The position numbers and the translations under genes are program-made. From the NCBI GenBank assembly GCA_965229525.1, contig OZ245886.1:1968882-2000881 (forward strand): a stretch of DNA of 32,000 bases, in the 5' to 3' direction. Shown one piece after another: positions 1 to 9,988 of this stretch. The stretch is from Balneolaceae bacterium (GTDB lineage: Bacteria; Bacteroidota; Rhodothermia; Balneolales; Balneolaceae). Positions within the stretch are counted from its first letter, which is position 1; the number at the start of each line of letters is the position of its first letter. Below the pieces are notes generated by a model, which ran no database searches, was not told the DNA's origin, and saw only the letters and a program-made list of their open reading frames with translations.

Positions 1-1
1 T

Positions 2-1405
2 GAGCAGATCAACCGAGAGGGTGATTTTAGATTATCAAGTCAAATTAATATCTCGTGGTGGGGTACCGATAGTGATGGATTCATAGTAGGGTATGAGTAC
101 GCGATAAATGATACCTCAGAAAATGCCTGGACATTCACTTCAAAAACTGATAGTACTTTTATTTTACCTATCCAAGAAGGGTTAATCGAAGATGATGTAC
201 TGTTTAAAATCAGAGCGGTAGATAATGAAGGAGCTATAGACCAAATTGGTGCGCGTTTAGTTTTCCCAATTATAAACTCTGCTCCTACCGTAAGTATAAA
301 TTTCACTGAAACACCTCCAGATACTCTATTCTCAATTGCCAGCTTTGGTTGGACAATCGATGATCCCGATGGAATTGGAAATATTGTTTCTACAGAAATT
401 GCTATTAATGACACCGTATCCGGGTGGGTTGATATTCCACTTTCACAGGTTATAGATGGCCGAATTTTTCTAACCCTTGATTTTGATAACACTTCACTCG
501 GAAATGCCGAGGCTGATATATTATTTGGACGATCATTTACTAGAGGTTTGGATTCTCAAGGTAATCCTCTTCAAATTTCAAATATCAACGTAGGTAGTAG
601 AAATACATTTTTTGTAAGAACTACAGATGCTGCAGGGGCTCAGAGTGAACCAGATACAGTTAGTTGGTTTGTTAAACCAAGAACATCAAATGTTTTATTT
701 ATTAATGATTTTAGTGGGGTATCATCTTTTACAAAACAACAATTTCATCTTGAAAATCTTAACGACATAGGCATTCAACCAGATATTTGGCTGATTAACA
801 CAGGAGAAGTAACACAAGACAAAATTGCTTTGTCCGACCAGTTTCCAACAGTCATTAATCCCACTCTAAAAAAGTCGTTATTAGCCTGGGATCATATTTA
901 TTGGATATCAAATGATATAGACAGAAATATTACATATGCATTAGATATCACTTCTGAGTTTGTAGATAATGGCGGTACCATTTTTATAAATATACCAATG
1001 AAGCAGCTGAATCTATCCGACGAGATATTCAATTTCATTCCAGTGGATTCAATTGGGTACTTCCCAACAGGTGGATTTGAAACTGGATTCCTAATTAACG
1101 ATGATGTTGATGTGACCCCCTTACCTGGTATTAATAATATTACTCTTAAGACAAATGCCCGACAAGTTGGCGTTTTACCTATTAAAGAATTGCCTGACGC
1201 AACATTATTATATCAAACGGATTTTAGAGCCACGACTTTAATTGGTCGTACTGTAGACTATACCATTTTTGAAGGTGTTGCAGTAGAAAACAGAGAGAAA
1301 AATTTGATTTACTTCGGTATGGATTTGTCAATACTAGACGGATCAAACAATGTGAATGAACTACTTCAGGATCTTCTTATCAACAGACTAAAATTTAAAC
1401 AATAG
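2..1405 (+). CDS. Secreted or cell-surface repeat protein, 5'-truncated by the window edge (two beta-sandwich-like repeats plus a C-terminal domain of unknown function)
   Basis: The frame is open from nt 2 to the stop at 1403-1405, so the TTG at 548 in the ORF track is internal. Two ~95-aa repeats share a signature: ISWWGTDSDGFIVGYEYAINDT...FKIRAVDNEGAID and FGWTIDDPDGIGNIVSTEIAINDT...FFVRTTDAAGAQSEPD. The stop lies 4 nt before the next gene. Coding status is solid; the product is unknown. Confidence 0.8.
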   Translation, partial: EQINREGDFRLSSQINISWWGTDSDGFIVGYEYAINDTSENAWTFTSKTDSTFILPIQEGLIEDDVLFKIRAVDNEGAIDQIGARLVFPIINSAPTVSINFTETPPDTLFSIASFGWTIDDPDGIGNIVSTEIAINDTVSGWVDIPLSQVIDGRIFLTLDFDNTSLGNAEADILFGRSFTRGLDSQGNPLQISNINVGSRNTFFVRTTDAAGAQSEPDTVSWFVKPRTSNVLFINDFSGVSSFTKQQFHLENLNDIGIQPDIWLINTGEVTQDKIALSDQFPTVINPTLKKSLLAWDHIYWISNDIDRNITYALDITSEFVDNGGTIFINIPMKQLNLSDEIFNFIPVDSIGYFPTGGFETGFLINDDVDVTPLPGINNITLKTNARQVGVLPIKELPDATLLYQTDFRATTLIGRTVDYTIFEGVAVENREKNLIYFGMDLSILDGSNNVNELLQDLLINRLKFKQ

Positions 1406-1409
1406 CATT

Positions 1410-4373
1410 ATGAGGAATACCCTTTTATTCGGCTTCTTTTTTCTATTTGGATTGATTTCAATGGATGCTATTGCACAAAGAGCAGGGACTGGAAATATTA
1501 GTGGAGTTATTACCGAAGCAGGTATTAATGAGCCATTGCCAACTGTGAGTGTTCGAATTCTTGGTTCTAATTCCGGAGCTGCAACCGATTTAGATGGTAG
1601 ATATACCATCCGTAATGTTCGACCAGGAGAATACACCATTGAGATTTCATTTTTAGGATTTAAGCGTGTACAAATAACCGGAGTTCGTGTTGTAGAAGGT
1701 GAAACCACTGAAGTGAATCATGCGCTTGAAGAAGAAGTTTACGAATCAGATCAGGAAGTCGTTGTAATTGGCGAGGCTCCAATTTTTGATGTTGAAAAGT
1801 CTAATACATCGGTTACAATATCAAAACAAGATTTGGAAGCGGCTCCAATACAAAGGGTTGAGGATGCTGTTTCATTACAATCGGGAGTAGTAAAGGATCC
1901 AACAGGATTATACATTAAAGGGGGTAGAGCCTACGAAACAGGGTTTGTTGTTGATGGCGTATCGGCTCAAGATCCGTTGGCAGGTACCGGGTTTGGACTG
2001 GATTTAGGATCAAATTCTTTCTCAAACGTCGAAGTCATCACAGGTGGAGTAGGCGCTGAATATGGTGATGTGACATCAGGTGTTGTTGCTGTACAAACCC
2101 AGAATGGGGGAGATACCTACGAAGGTACTTTCACTCATAAAAGAGACAATGTTGGTTCGAATGTGATGAGCAATCAAGCTAATTTTTTCGAGGACATTTA
2201 TGAGCTTAATCTTGGTGGCCCAAGCTTATTAACTGAAAAATTATTACCGGCTTTGGGGATTAATCTGCCAGGCACCATGACATTTTTCTTAACCGGTCAG
2301 GTTGGCCTTACAGATGGTTATACAAAAATCTCGGCCAATCAAATTAATTCATCAATTGTAGGGAGTGAGTTTTGGTCACCACGTCAAGGTAATCGCTGGA
2401 ACGGCATGCTCAAATTGAATTACAATATTAGACCAGGTCTAAGAGTTCAGGCAGCCTACAATAGATCACTAACGATTAATCAGAATACGCGAATGCTTCA
2501 AATTACCGGGGCTGACACTCAGATACGCCCTGGGTTTCAATTTGCTTTTTCAAATGGGTTTCTGGATAACGCAAATACATATACCCACGACAGTAACCTG
2601 TCTTATATCAAGTGGACCCAAACGATTAGTGAAAGTTCATTTTATGATGTTCAATTCAGTCGGTTATTTACTCGATTAAGAGCAGACGCTAACGGACGAG
2701 ATTGGCGACCCGATAATGTAGATAGTGAATTTGATCCGGAAAGTATCGTTACATCACCGGCCGAAGAATTTCAGGGTACGGAGGATTTTACGTATGTATT
2801 AGCCGGTCCTGGCTATTTTAATAATGGCGGTATAGCTCGGCTTTGGCACGATCATTTTGCAGAAGAGTTAACTCTCAAAACTACTTACACAAAGTTTTTT
2901 GGTGAACGAGTAAATCAAATTGTAATTGGGTTTGAAGCAAAATTCAATGATTATCAGTGGATTGATATTACCAGACCGTGGATTGGCGCTCCGATTCAAA
3001 TTGATGAGAATACGGTATCAGAAACATTTAGAGTAGGCGAGACTTTTGATGCCTGGAGAGTGAAACCCAAACGTGGCGCTCTTTTTATAACCGATAAAGT
3101 TCGCTACAATGGTTTGATAGCTAATATTGGTGCAAGGATTGAATACTGGGCGCCCGGAGCTTATGTTGATAATGCCGTTGAAGATGCATTGGATGAAAAC
3201 TCAATCTCTACGATCCCTCGTTTTATTGCAGAAGATTATCAGAAGAATACAACAGAACTATTTGGATTACGCTACAAATTTAGATTCCTGCCAAAAGTAA
3301 ACGTCTCTTTCCCGGTAAAAGATAACCAGGTACTCTTTTTTAATTACGGTCATTCAGCAAGAGTACCTCACCCTACGTTTATTTATGCGGGTTTAGACCC
3401 ATTCTTCCAGGATCAGTCAGACCTACCTGATTTAGGGAATCCTAACTTGAATCCAGAAATCGATATCTCTTATGAAATAGGGCTTCGAAATCAAATTACT
3501 GCAAATGATGCTTTCAATATATCTGCTTTCTGGCGAGATAAGTACGATTTCGTTACCTCACAACTAATACGTGTACAGGATGTTGACGGTCGTGATGTTT
3601 CTAAGGCATTTCGAATTAATGGAGACTATGCCCGAGCTCGGGGTATTGAAATGTCGTACATCAAGCGATATCGAGATTTACTGCGCGGTCAATTATCATT
3701 CACTTACTCAAGAGCGGAAGGCTTAAGTTCAACTACCGACGACAATTTAAACAGTATAAATGCGCGTCAAAATATTGGAGCAAATGTAGAGACCCCTTTA
3801 GCCTGGGATCGCCCGTTCGATATAAAAGGGAACGTAACGTTTACCTATGACCGAGCCAACCCACTATTTGATCTCGGGATACTAAACGACTTCCAAATGT
3901 TTTTATCAGCAGTGTGGAGAAGTGGTACACGATATACTCCAACGGAACTTGTTGGCTTTCAACGAAATCCTGTGACAGGTATAGAAGATTGGAGACCGAT
4001 CTACGAAACCGTAGATGATCCGGCAAAGAGATTTAGTCGAGTTGGTCCTGCCTGGTTTACCATGGATTTCAACTTCCGAAAGTGGTTTGAAATCAATGGC
4101 GCAAGAATTTCAACTTTTGTAGAAATCACAAACTTATTAAATAACAGAAGTTCAGTAATAGTTAATCCTGTAACAGGGGAGGGCTATAAACAATACCCAA
4201 CTGATCCGGCTACATTAATTGCATTAAGAGATGACCGCAGTTTTGATGTTCCGGGCAATGTTCGAGATCCTCGTTATATAGATCCAACAGATAATAATTT
4301 ACCAGCTTATGATAACCCTGCGAATTACATAGAGCAGAGACATATCATGGTTGGTGTATCGGTTCGTTTTTAA
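1410..4373 (+). CDS. TonB-dependent receptor-like OM barrel with an N-terminal carboxypeptidase-regulatory-like domain
   Basis: Signal peptide MRNTLLFGFFFLFGLISMDAIAQ. CarboxypepD_reg-like motif GVITEAGINEPLPTVSVRILGSNSGAATDLDGRYTIRNVRPGEYTIEISFLGFK. Plug-like segment VEVITGGVGAEYGDVTSGVVAVQT. Long barrel region ending in the aromatic terminus VGVSVRF. 987 aa. Confidence 0.9.
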   Translation: MRNTLLFGFFFLFGLISMDAIAQRAGTGNISGVITEAGINEPLPTVSVRILGSNSGAATDLDGRYTIRNVRPGEYTIEISFLGFKRVQITGVRVVEGETTEVNHALEEEVYESDQEVVVIGEAPIFDVEKSNTSVTISKQDLEAAPIQRVEDAVSLQSGVVKDPTGLYIKGGRAYETGFVVDGVSAQDPLAGTGFGLDLGSNSFSNVEVITGGVGAEYGDVTSGVVAVQTQNGGDTYEGTFTHKRDNVGSNVMSNQANFFEDIYELNLGGPSLLTEKLLPALGINLPGTMTFFLTGQVGLTDGYTKISANQINSSIVGSEFWSPRQGNRWNGMLKLNYNIRPGLRVQAAYNRSLTINQNTRMLQITGADTQIRPGFQFAFSNGFLDNANTYTHDSNLSYIKWTQTISESSFYDVQFSRLFTRLRADANGRDWRPDNVDSEFDPESIVTSPAEEFQGTEDFTYVLAGPGYFNNGGIARLWHDHFAEELTLKTTYTKFFGERVNQIVIGFEAKFNDYQWIDITRPWIGAPIQIDENTVSETFRVGETFDAWRVKPKRGALFITDKVRYNGLIANIGARIEYWAPGAYVDNAVEDALDENSISTIPRFIAEDYQKNTTELFGLRYKFRFLPKVNVSFPVKDNQVLFFNYGHSARVPHPTFIYAGLDPFFQDQSDLPDLGNPNLNPEIDISYEIGLRNQITANDAFNISAFWRDKYDFVTSQLIRVQDVDGRDVSKAFRINGDYARARGIEMSYIKRYRDLLRGQLSFTYSRAEGLSSTTDDNLNSINARQNIGANVETPLAWDRPFDIKGNVTFTYDRANPLFDLGILNDFQMFLSAVWRSGTRYTPTELVGFQRNPVTGIEDWRPIYETVDDPAKRFSRVGPAWFTMDFNFRKWFEINGARISTFVEITNLLNNRSSVIVNPVTGEGYKQYPTDPATLIALRDDRSFDVPGNVRDPRYIDPTDNNLPAYDNPANYIEQRHIMVGVSVRF

Positions 4374-5363
4374 ATGATATCATTGAAATACATATCAACA
4401 ACATTACTTCTGCTCTTTTTTGCAGTACCGCTTTTTGCTCAAGGTGATTTCGGCGAAGATCGAGCAGGAACTGAAGGATTTCAATTCACAAAGATTGCCG
4501 TTGATCCAAGAAGTGCAGCAATGGGAAATTCAAATATGGCCGATGCGTATGATGCATCAAGTTTGTATTGGAACCCAGCTCTTTCTGCTCGCTTAGAAGG
4601 GACGAATGTGATGGTAAGTCATACGGAATATTTTGCTGGAATCACTCAAAATTACATTGCTATTGTTCAACAAGCCGGTACTTTTTCTCTTGGGGGTTCG
4701 CTTCAATATTTAGGTTCGGGCGATATCACAGAAACCACGGAATTTCAACCTTTCGGAACAGGACGAACTTTTAGTACTCATCATATATCAACTGGTTTAT
4801 CAGCTTCACATAGAGTTACCGACTTGTTCAGCTATGGAATCACGGTTCGGTTTTTGATGGAAAAAATTGAGGAAATTCAGTACACAAGTGGGGCAATCGA
4901 TTTTGGATTTTCCTACTTAGTAGGAGACACAGGACTTCGATTTGCGGTTGGAATTAACAATTTCGGATTTGATGCATCACCTACTGGAACTACTACAAGA
5001 AATACCTTAGATGGTGTTATTGAGGTGGAACCGGAAGAACAGCAATCTTTACCAACAAGGTTTTTAATTGGTGCTGCTTACGATTTAATCGACCGTGATG
5101 AGACATCACTTGTAGTTACAGCGCAAATCACCAATCCAAGTGATAATGCTGAACAGTTCAATATTGGTGCTGAATATGGATTTATGAACCAGTTTTTTGT
5201 ACGAACGGGTTATGAATTCGGCATCGAAGAAAGACGTATTCCTAGCCTCGGAGCTGGTGTTAAATTACCAGTTATTAATAGAGAAATCAGAGCAGATTAT
5301 TCATACTCTTTGTACGAGCGTTTAGGTGAAATCCATAGAATTGCAATTAGTGTGTCACTTTGA
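4374..5363 (+). CDS. PorV/PorQ-family (FadL-like) outer-membrane beta-barrel protein
   Basis: The ATG directly abuts the upstream stop (4373|4374). Signal peptide ends in FAQ. The N-terminal motif GTEGFQFTKIAVDPRSAAMGNSNMADAYDASSLYWNPALSA matches the PorV/PorQ family signature as I recall it. The rest has an alternating beta-strand pattern. Confidence 0.7.
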   Translation: MISLKYISTTLLLLFFAVPLFAQGDFGEDRAGTEGFQFTKIAVDPRSAAMGNSNMADAYDASSLYWNPALSARLEGTNVMVSHTEYFAGITQNYIAIVQQAGTFSLGGSLQYLGSGDITETTEFQPFGTGRTFSTHHISTGLSASHRVTDLFSYGITVRFLMEKIEEIQYTSGAIDFGFSYLVGDTGLRFAVGINNFGFDASPTGTTTRNTLDGVIEVEPEEQQSLPTRFLIGAAYDLIDRDETSLVVTAQITNPSDNAEQFNIGAEYGFMNQFFVRTGYEFGIEERRIPSLGAGVKLPVINREIRADYSYSLYERLGEIHRIAISVSL

Positions 5364-6637
5364 TGAATAGATTTTTAAGCATATCACTTTTTCTGGTTGC
5401 AGGTATTTTATTTAGTTCTTGTGACGACATTTTTAATTCAAAAGATAACGTAGATACGAACGAGATCTTTGAAGAAGGTCGAATCGATCCAACGCTTGAA
5501 AATCTGGATGGATATGCACCTGTTCAACCATTCTGGGGTGGATTCGATGCACCCGAAGATGTTCATGTTGGCTTTGATGAGTTTGTTTACGTCTCTGATG
5601 CAAATGGTCTTCACTTACTCGACCGGGCTGATTTATCACCAAGAGTAACTGTGCCACTGAGAGGTGCAAATGCAATCACTCAAGATCGTTTACTAAATGT
5701 GTATGTATCAGCGCGAATAGATACTGTAATCGACAATATTACCTGGGATCTTCCAGCTGTATTTAAGATTAAAAATATGAATGGCGCTGGTCCGCTCACC
5801 TACGTTGATACACTAATTTTTCCATTCGATGATGCTAGTTTAAGTACATCTGCAGCTCAGAATGCCCGACTAAATAGAAGTTCGAATATCAATTATGAGC
5901 GTGTTGAAGTAACCGGTCTTACCGTTTTAGGTGACAATACATTATACGTTACCCGTCGCGGTCCTTTTGATGAAACTACTCAGGTTGCAGCTCCCGATAA
6001 TACGGTTCTAGAGTTTGCCAGAATTAGAGAAAATGGTGTTTTAACAGATAAAATGACAAATGTCCGCCAGATTAGGACACTAAATCCGACGGTACCATCT
6101 CTAAGAAGTGGTATTGGAATGAGTGCAATCGCCTCATTCGTTGCTGCCCCACAGAGAGATTCATTTACTAATGATCGAAGTTTTTTGATTGCCCAAGCTG
6201 ATCAATCTAAACAAATACCATTTCGCGTTCTTTGGATTAATGCAGTTGAAACCGTTGATGGGTTAGTTTTCCAGCAAAATTCAAGTCTCTTAGCACAGGA
6301 TACTACCCAGGCAGATGGCTTTTTGTACGAACCAAACAAGTTCCTTGAACCCTCAGACATAACGTATACTGCGGATGATGACAGTTATATCTTCATCATT
6401 GATGAAGGGCTTAATAAATTGTTTCAGTTCCAAACCAATGGTCAGGAAGGGGTGCCTCCTCCAGCAGGCGCAGAAGATCAGACCCGACAGATTGTAGTAT
6501 CATTTGGTGAATTAGGCGCCGGTCCTAAACAATTTAATCAACCAAGTGGAGTAGCCTACTTTGATAGGGTGGTTTATGTTGCTGATAAAGGCAATAACCG
6601 TATTGCCAGATTTAAGCTAACTTCAGACTTCGAATAA
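5360..6637 (+). CDS. Lipoprotein with C-terminal NHL repeat(s), probably a beta-propeller
   Basis: Starts at TTG 5360 or ATG 5363, which overlaps the upstream TGA (5361-5363) and suggests translational coupling. Lipobox LVAGILFSSC. NHL-type motif FNQPSGVAYFDRVVYVADKGNNRIARF at the C-terminus. Confidence 0.7.
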   Translation: MMNRFLSISLFLVAGILFSSCDDIFNSKDNVDTNEIFEEGRIDPTLENLDGYAPVQPFWGGFDAPEDVHVGFDEFVYVSDANGLHLLDRADLSPRVTVPLRGANAITQDRLLNVYVSARIDTVIDNITWDLPAVFKIKNMNGAGPLTYVDTLIFPFDDASLSTSAAQNARLNRSSNINYERVEVTGLTVLGDNTLYVTRRGPFDETTQVAAPDNTVLEFARIRENGVLTDKMTNVRQIRTLNPTVPSLRSGIGMSAIASFVAAPQRDSFTNDRSFLIAQADQSKQIPFRVLWINAVETVDGLVFQQNSSLLAQDTTQADGFLYEPNKFLEPSDITYTADDDSYIFIIDEGLNKLFQFQTNGQEGVPPPAGAEDQTRQIVVSFGELGAGPKQFNQPSGVAYFDRVVYVADKGNNRIARFKLTSDFE

Positions 6638-6648
6638 ACGCTTGATCT

Positions 6649-7857
6649 ATGAATCGATGGATCGTCCTGAGTCTTTGTTTAGTTCTTGGATGTACTTCAC
6701 CAGATTCTGTTCCTAACAAAGTTCTTCTTGTTTCATTTGATGGATTTCGCCATGACTATCTCTCCAAGACTGATACTCCAAACTTTGATCAACTGGTTGA
6801 AAATGGGGTATTAAGTGAAGGATTGATTCCTATTTATCCTTCTTCAACTTTTCCGAATTACTATGCAATAGCAACAGGATTATATCCCGAGAATAACGGT
6901 TTCATCAGTAATTCGATGTACGACAGTACCATTGGATCCTGGTTTTCTATGGGTGATCGAGCGCAAGTTGAGAATCCTGCATGGTACAGCGGCGAACCAA
7001 TTTGGAATACCGCTGAGAAGCAAGGCGTTCGTGCCGGAACCATGTTTTGGGTAGGATCAGAAGCACCTATACAGAATATGCAACCAACACACTGGAAACC
7101 ATACGACGGTTCTATGCCAAATACAGATAGGATAGATTCTGTGTTATCGTGGATGACTTTAGGAAGTGAAAAGGAAATTGATTTGGGGACACTGTATTTC
7201 TCCTTTGTTGATGGAGTAGGTCACGATTACGGTCCTGAATCCGAGGAAATAATTACGGCAATTCAACAAGCTGATTCGTTGATTGGTTACTTAATGCAGC
7301 AAATCAAAATGGTTGGTTTGCAAGATCAAGTAAACCTAATAATTGTTGCCGATCATGGGATGGCGCAGAATTCAAGAGATAAAATCATCTATATCGATGA
7401 TTATATACACTTTGAAGATTTAGATATTTATTCATGGGGAACTAGTTTTTCACTTCGTGGAGATGCAGAAACTATTAGGGGTCTGTATCAACTATTAAAG
7501 CCAAATGAAGACAGGTTTAAGGTGTATAAAAAAGAAGATATTCCGGATAGATTTCGAGTAAAGAATTCACCTCGATTCCCGGATTTATTAGTTATTCCAG
7601 AGTCGGGCTATTTGATAAGTTCGAGAGGATATGCTGAGTCGAGAGAGAATTACGCAACGGGTGGTTCTCATGGATATGACAACCAGGCCAGAGATATGCA
7701 TGGTTTATTCCTGGTTTATGGACCGGACTTCAAAAATGGCCAAAGTATTAGTGAGATAGAAAATGTACATATCTATGAGTTGATTACTCACCTACTCAAA
7801 ATCGAATCAGCTGGGACTGATGGTTCTTTTGATGCTATAAAATCTGTACTTCGTTAG
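6649..7857 (+). CDS. Ectonucleotide pyrophosphatase/phosphodiesterase (NPP family, alkaline-phosphatase superfamily) lipoprotein
   Basis: Lipobox LVLGC. NPP signature LLVSFDGFRHDYL...TPNFDQL...PSSTFPNYYAIATGLYPENNGF, in which the Thr of TFPN is the expected nucleophile. Metal-site motifs VADHGM and GGSHGYDN. Confidence 0.88.
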   Translation: MNRWIVLSLCLVLGCTSPDSVPNKVLLVSFDGFRHDYLSKTDTPNFDQLVENGVLSEGLIPIYPSSTFPNYYAIATGLYPENNGFISNSMYDSTIGSWFSMGDRAQVENPAWYSGEPIWNTAEKQGVRAGTMFWVGSEAPIQNMQPTHWKPYDGSMPNTDRIDSVLSWMTLGSEKEIDLGTLYFSFVDGVGHDYGPESEEIITAIQQADSLIGYLMQQIKMVGLQDQVNLIIVADHGMAQNSRDKIIYIDDYIHFEDLDIYSWGTSFSLRGDAETIRGLYQLLKPNEDRFKVYKKEDIPDRFRVKNSPRFPDLLVIPESGYLISSRGYAESRENYATGGSHGYDNQARDMHGLFLVYGPDFKNGQSISEIENVHIYELITHLLKIESAGTDGSFDAIKSVLR

Positions 7858-7936
7858 TTATTTGGATTGAATCTAATTCAGTTCAGATAGATATTCGTTT
7901 TTCAAAAAATCATCACACAACTCACTCCAAAATACT

Positions 7937-8272
7937 ATGCCTTACGTTGTAACCGAGCCATGTATCCAATGTAAATACACAAACTGTGCAGCCGTTTGCC
8001 CGGTAGATGCTTTCCGCGAAGGACCAAATTTCCTGGCAATTGATCCAAACGAATGCATCGATTGTGATGCATGTGTATCAGAGTGTCCGGTAGAAGCAAT
8101 ATTCCCGGATGATGAAGTACCTGATAAATGGGAAAGCTACATTGAGTTGAACGAGCGTCTGGCTGAAGCCTGGGAAGATCGTATCATCAACGAAACGAAA
8201 GACGCATTACCAGATGCAGATGAGTGGGCTAACAAAGAAGACAAACTTGGTGATCTGGTCGAAGAATGGTAA
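7937..8272 (+). CDS. fdxA: Ferredoxin, Azotobacter FdI-like 7Fe type ([3Fe-4S][4Fe-4S])
   Basis: [55 protein letters not shown] shows the C-x2-C-x4-C-x3-CP ... C-x2-C-x2-C-x3-CP spacing typical of FdxA. Acidic C-terminal tail. Confidence 0.9.
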   Translation: MPYVVTEPCIQCKYTNCAAVCPVDAFREGPNFLAIDPNECIDCDACVSECPVEAIFPDDEVPDKWESYIELNERLAEAWEDRIINETKDALPDADEWANKEDKLGDLVEEW

Positions 8273-8277
8273 ACTTC

Positions 8278-8328
8278 GTTAATTGTTAATCGTTATTTGT
8301 AGTTTCCAATTAACGAATAACGATTAAC
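8278..8328. repeat. Imperfect 20-bp inverted repeat (11-nt loop) built from GTTAAT-type heptads, filling the fdxA-folP spacer
   Basis: 8278-8297 pairs with 8328-8309: 17 Watson-Crick pairs, 1 G.T and 2 mismatches, counted by hand. Because of the 7-nt periodicity, alternative perfect registers also exist: 8285-8297 with 8316-8328 (13 bp) and 8277-8285 with 8307-8315 (9 bp). No T-tract follows. Confidence 0.8.
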
Positions 8329-8332
8329 CACT

Positions 8333-9160
8333 GTGTCTTCGAATTTCTCAATTTCTTCCTTTAGTACTCCAATAGTAATGGGAGTGCTTAATGTGACTCC
8401 CGATTCATTCAGTGATGGTGGTAGATACCATTTAGTTTCCAAAGCGATGGATCGTATTCATCGAATGTTGGAAGAGGGGGCCACAATCATAGACGTTGGT
8501 GGTGAATCAACTCGACCAAATGCCGATCCGGTTTCAGAGGAAGAAGAGCTAAGGCGGGTGATTCCAATTATTAAAGAAGCCATGGAGCATTTTCCAGGAG
8601 CCGTCTATTCTGTGGATACTACCAAACTTGAGGTTGCTCGACAAGCTCTTGATTTAGGTGTGCATATTGTAAACGATGTTAGTGGATTAGAAAAGGAACC
8701 TAAATTCGCCGAACTTTGTGCAGAATTTGATGCAACTTATGTGTTAATGCACAGTCAGGGCGATCCCAAAACGATGCAACAAAACCCGACTTATCATCAG
8801 GTTGTCGATGAAATTGAATCATTTTTCGACCAGAAAGTTCAGGTACTTCAAGATGCAGGAGTGGACGATATTATTCTGGACCCGGGGATCGGATTTGGGA
8901 AAAAGCTGGAGCACAATTTAAATTTAATTGCCCATCTTGATACTTTCACAAAAAAGCCGTTCCCTGTATTAGTTGGGGCTTCCCGAAAATCTATGATCGG
9001 ACAAATATTAGACGGCCGTCCACCCGAGGAACGACTTACCGGAACCATTGCAACTCATTACCATGCATTGATAAAAGGAGCAAAAATCCTTCGAGTTCAT
9101 GATGTAAAGGAAGCCAACGATTCAATTCGTATATTCAACGCGATTCAATCTCAAGCTTAA
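8333..9160 (+). CDS. folP: Dihydropteroate synthase
   Basis: MGVLNVTPDSFSDGGRY, IIDVGGESTRP, IVNDVSG, ILDPGIGFGK and GASRKSM are classic FolP motifs. Start is GTG 8333; ATG 8378 is an alternative. Confidence 0.93.
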   Translation: MSSNFSISSFSTPIVMGVLNVTPDSFSDGGRYHLVSKAMDRIHRMLEEGATIIDVGGESTRPNADPVSEEEELRRVIPIIKEAMEHFPGAVYSVDTTKLEVARQALDLGVHIVNDVSGLEKEPKFAELCAEFDATYVLMHSQGDPKTMQQNPTYHQVVDEIESFFDQKVQVLQDAGVDDIILDPGIGFGKKLEHNLNLIAHLDTFTKKPFPVLVGASRKSMIGQILDGRPPEERLTGTIATHYHALIKGAKILRVHDVKEANDSIRIFNAIQSQA

Positions 9161-9172
9161 ACATCTACTTCG

Positions 9173-9988
9173 TTGATCCCTATCGGTTTTCTCGATTTCG
9201 GAATTATGGATTTTGTCGAGACACTGCTTATAGCAGGTGTATTGGTGTATCTATATCAATGGATTAGAGGAACTTTCGCCATCCAGGCAGGAATTGGTAT
9301 TATTTTATTAGTTCTTATCAATTTGGGAATTCGAGTTCTTGGCTTTAATACCATCGATTTTATTCTATCTGGAATATTAGATGTGGGGATTCTGGCCGTA
9401 TTCATCATCTTTCAACCGGAGATTAGAAAACTGCTTTATCGTTTAGGGCAAAACACGAATCTGGATCGGTTTTTTGCACGGACGAATTCTGATGAAATGA
9501 TCGACGAGGTGATTGAAGCCGTGAAAGTGATGTCGAAAGAGAAAATTGGGGCACTTATGGTTTTTGTCCGCTCTTCCGGTTTACAGGATATTATTGATAA
9601 TGGGGTAAATCTTGATTCGAAAATTAATAAAGAGATGATTCTCACCATTTTCCAAAAAGACACTCCGCTTCACGATGGAGCAGTTATCATTCGAAATGAT
9701 CGAATTGTAGCCGCTAGTGCATATCTGCCTATCTCGCAAAACCCGAATATTTCCCAGTCTTTTGGAACCCGACACCGTGCCGCCGTTGGTGTGAGTGAAA
9801 CAAACAATGTTTTTGTGTTAGTGGTATCGGAAGAAACAGGCAGAATCTCGATTTCAAGAAATGGATCCCTAACCTCGGGACTTTCCATCCAAAAACTCCG
9901 TTCCGAAATGGAGGAAACGTTCGGCGTAGAACAATTCGAAGAAGAAGTAGGGTTTGGGTCTTCTCAGACTGAACTGAATCTTAAATAA
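9173..9988 (+). CDS. cdaA: Diadenylate cyclase (c-di-AMP synthase), membrane-anchored CdaA type
   Basis: Three N-terminal TM helices, then the DAC domain with DGAVIIRNDRIVAASAYLP and FGTRHRAAVGVSETNNVFVLVVSEETGRISISRNG. Start is uncertain: TTG 9173 or ATG 9206. Confidence 0.9.
   Translation: MIPIGFLDFGIMDFVETLLIAGVLVYLYQWIRGTFAIQAGIGIILLVLINLGIRVLGFNTIDFILSGILDVGILAVFIIFQPEIRKLLYRLGQNTNLDRFFARTNSDEMIDEVIEAVKVMSKEKIGALMVFVRSSGLQDIIDNGVNLDSKINKEMILTIFQKDTPLHDGAVIIRNDRIVAASAYLPISQNPNISQSFGTRHRAAVGVSETNNVFVLVVSEETGRISISRNGSLTSGLSIQKLRSEMEETFGVEQFEEEVGFGSSQTELNLK

Noticed and set aside
40-492. 150-aa minus-strand ORF at the window start
   Set aside because: It lies antisense to a plus-strand frame that is open from nt 2 to 1405. 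That frame encodes recognisable repeat domains and runs on into the 548..1405 ORF, so the minus-strand ORF is a shadow ORF.
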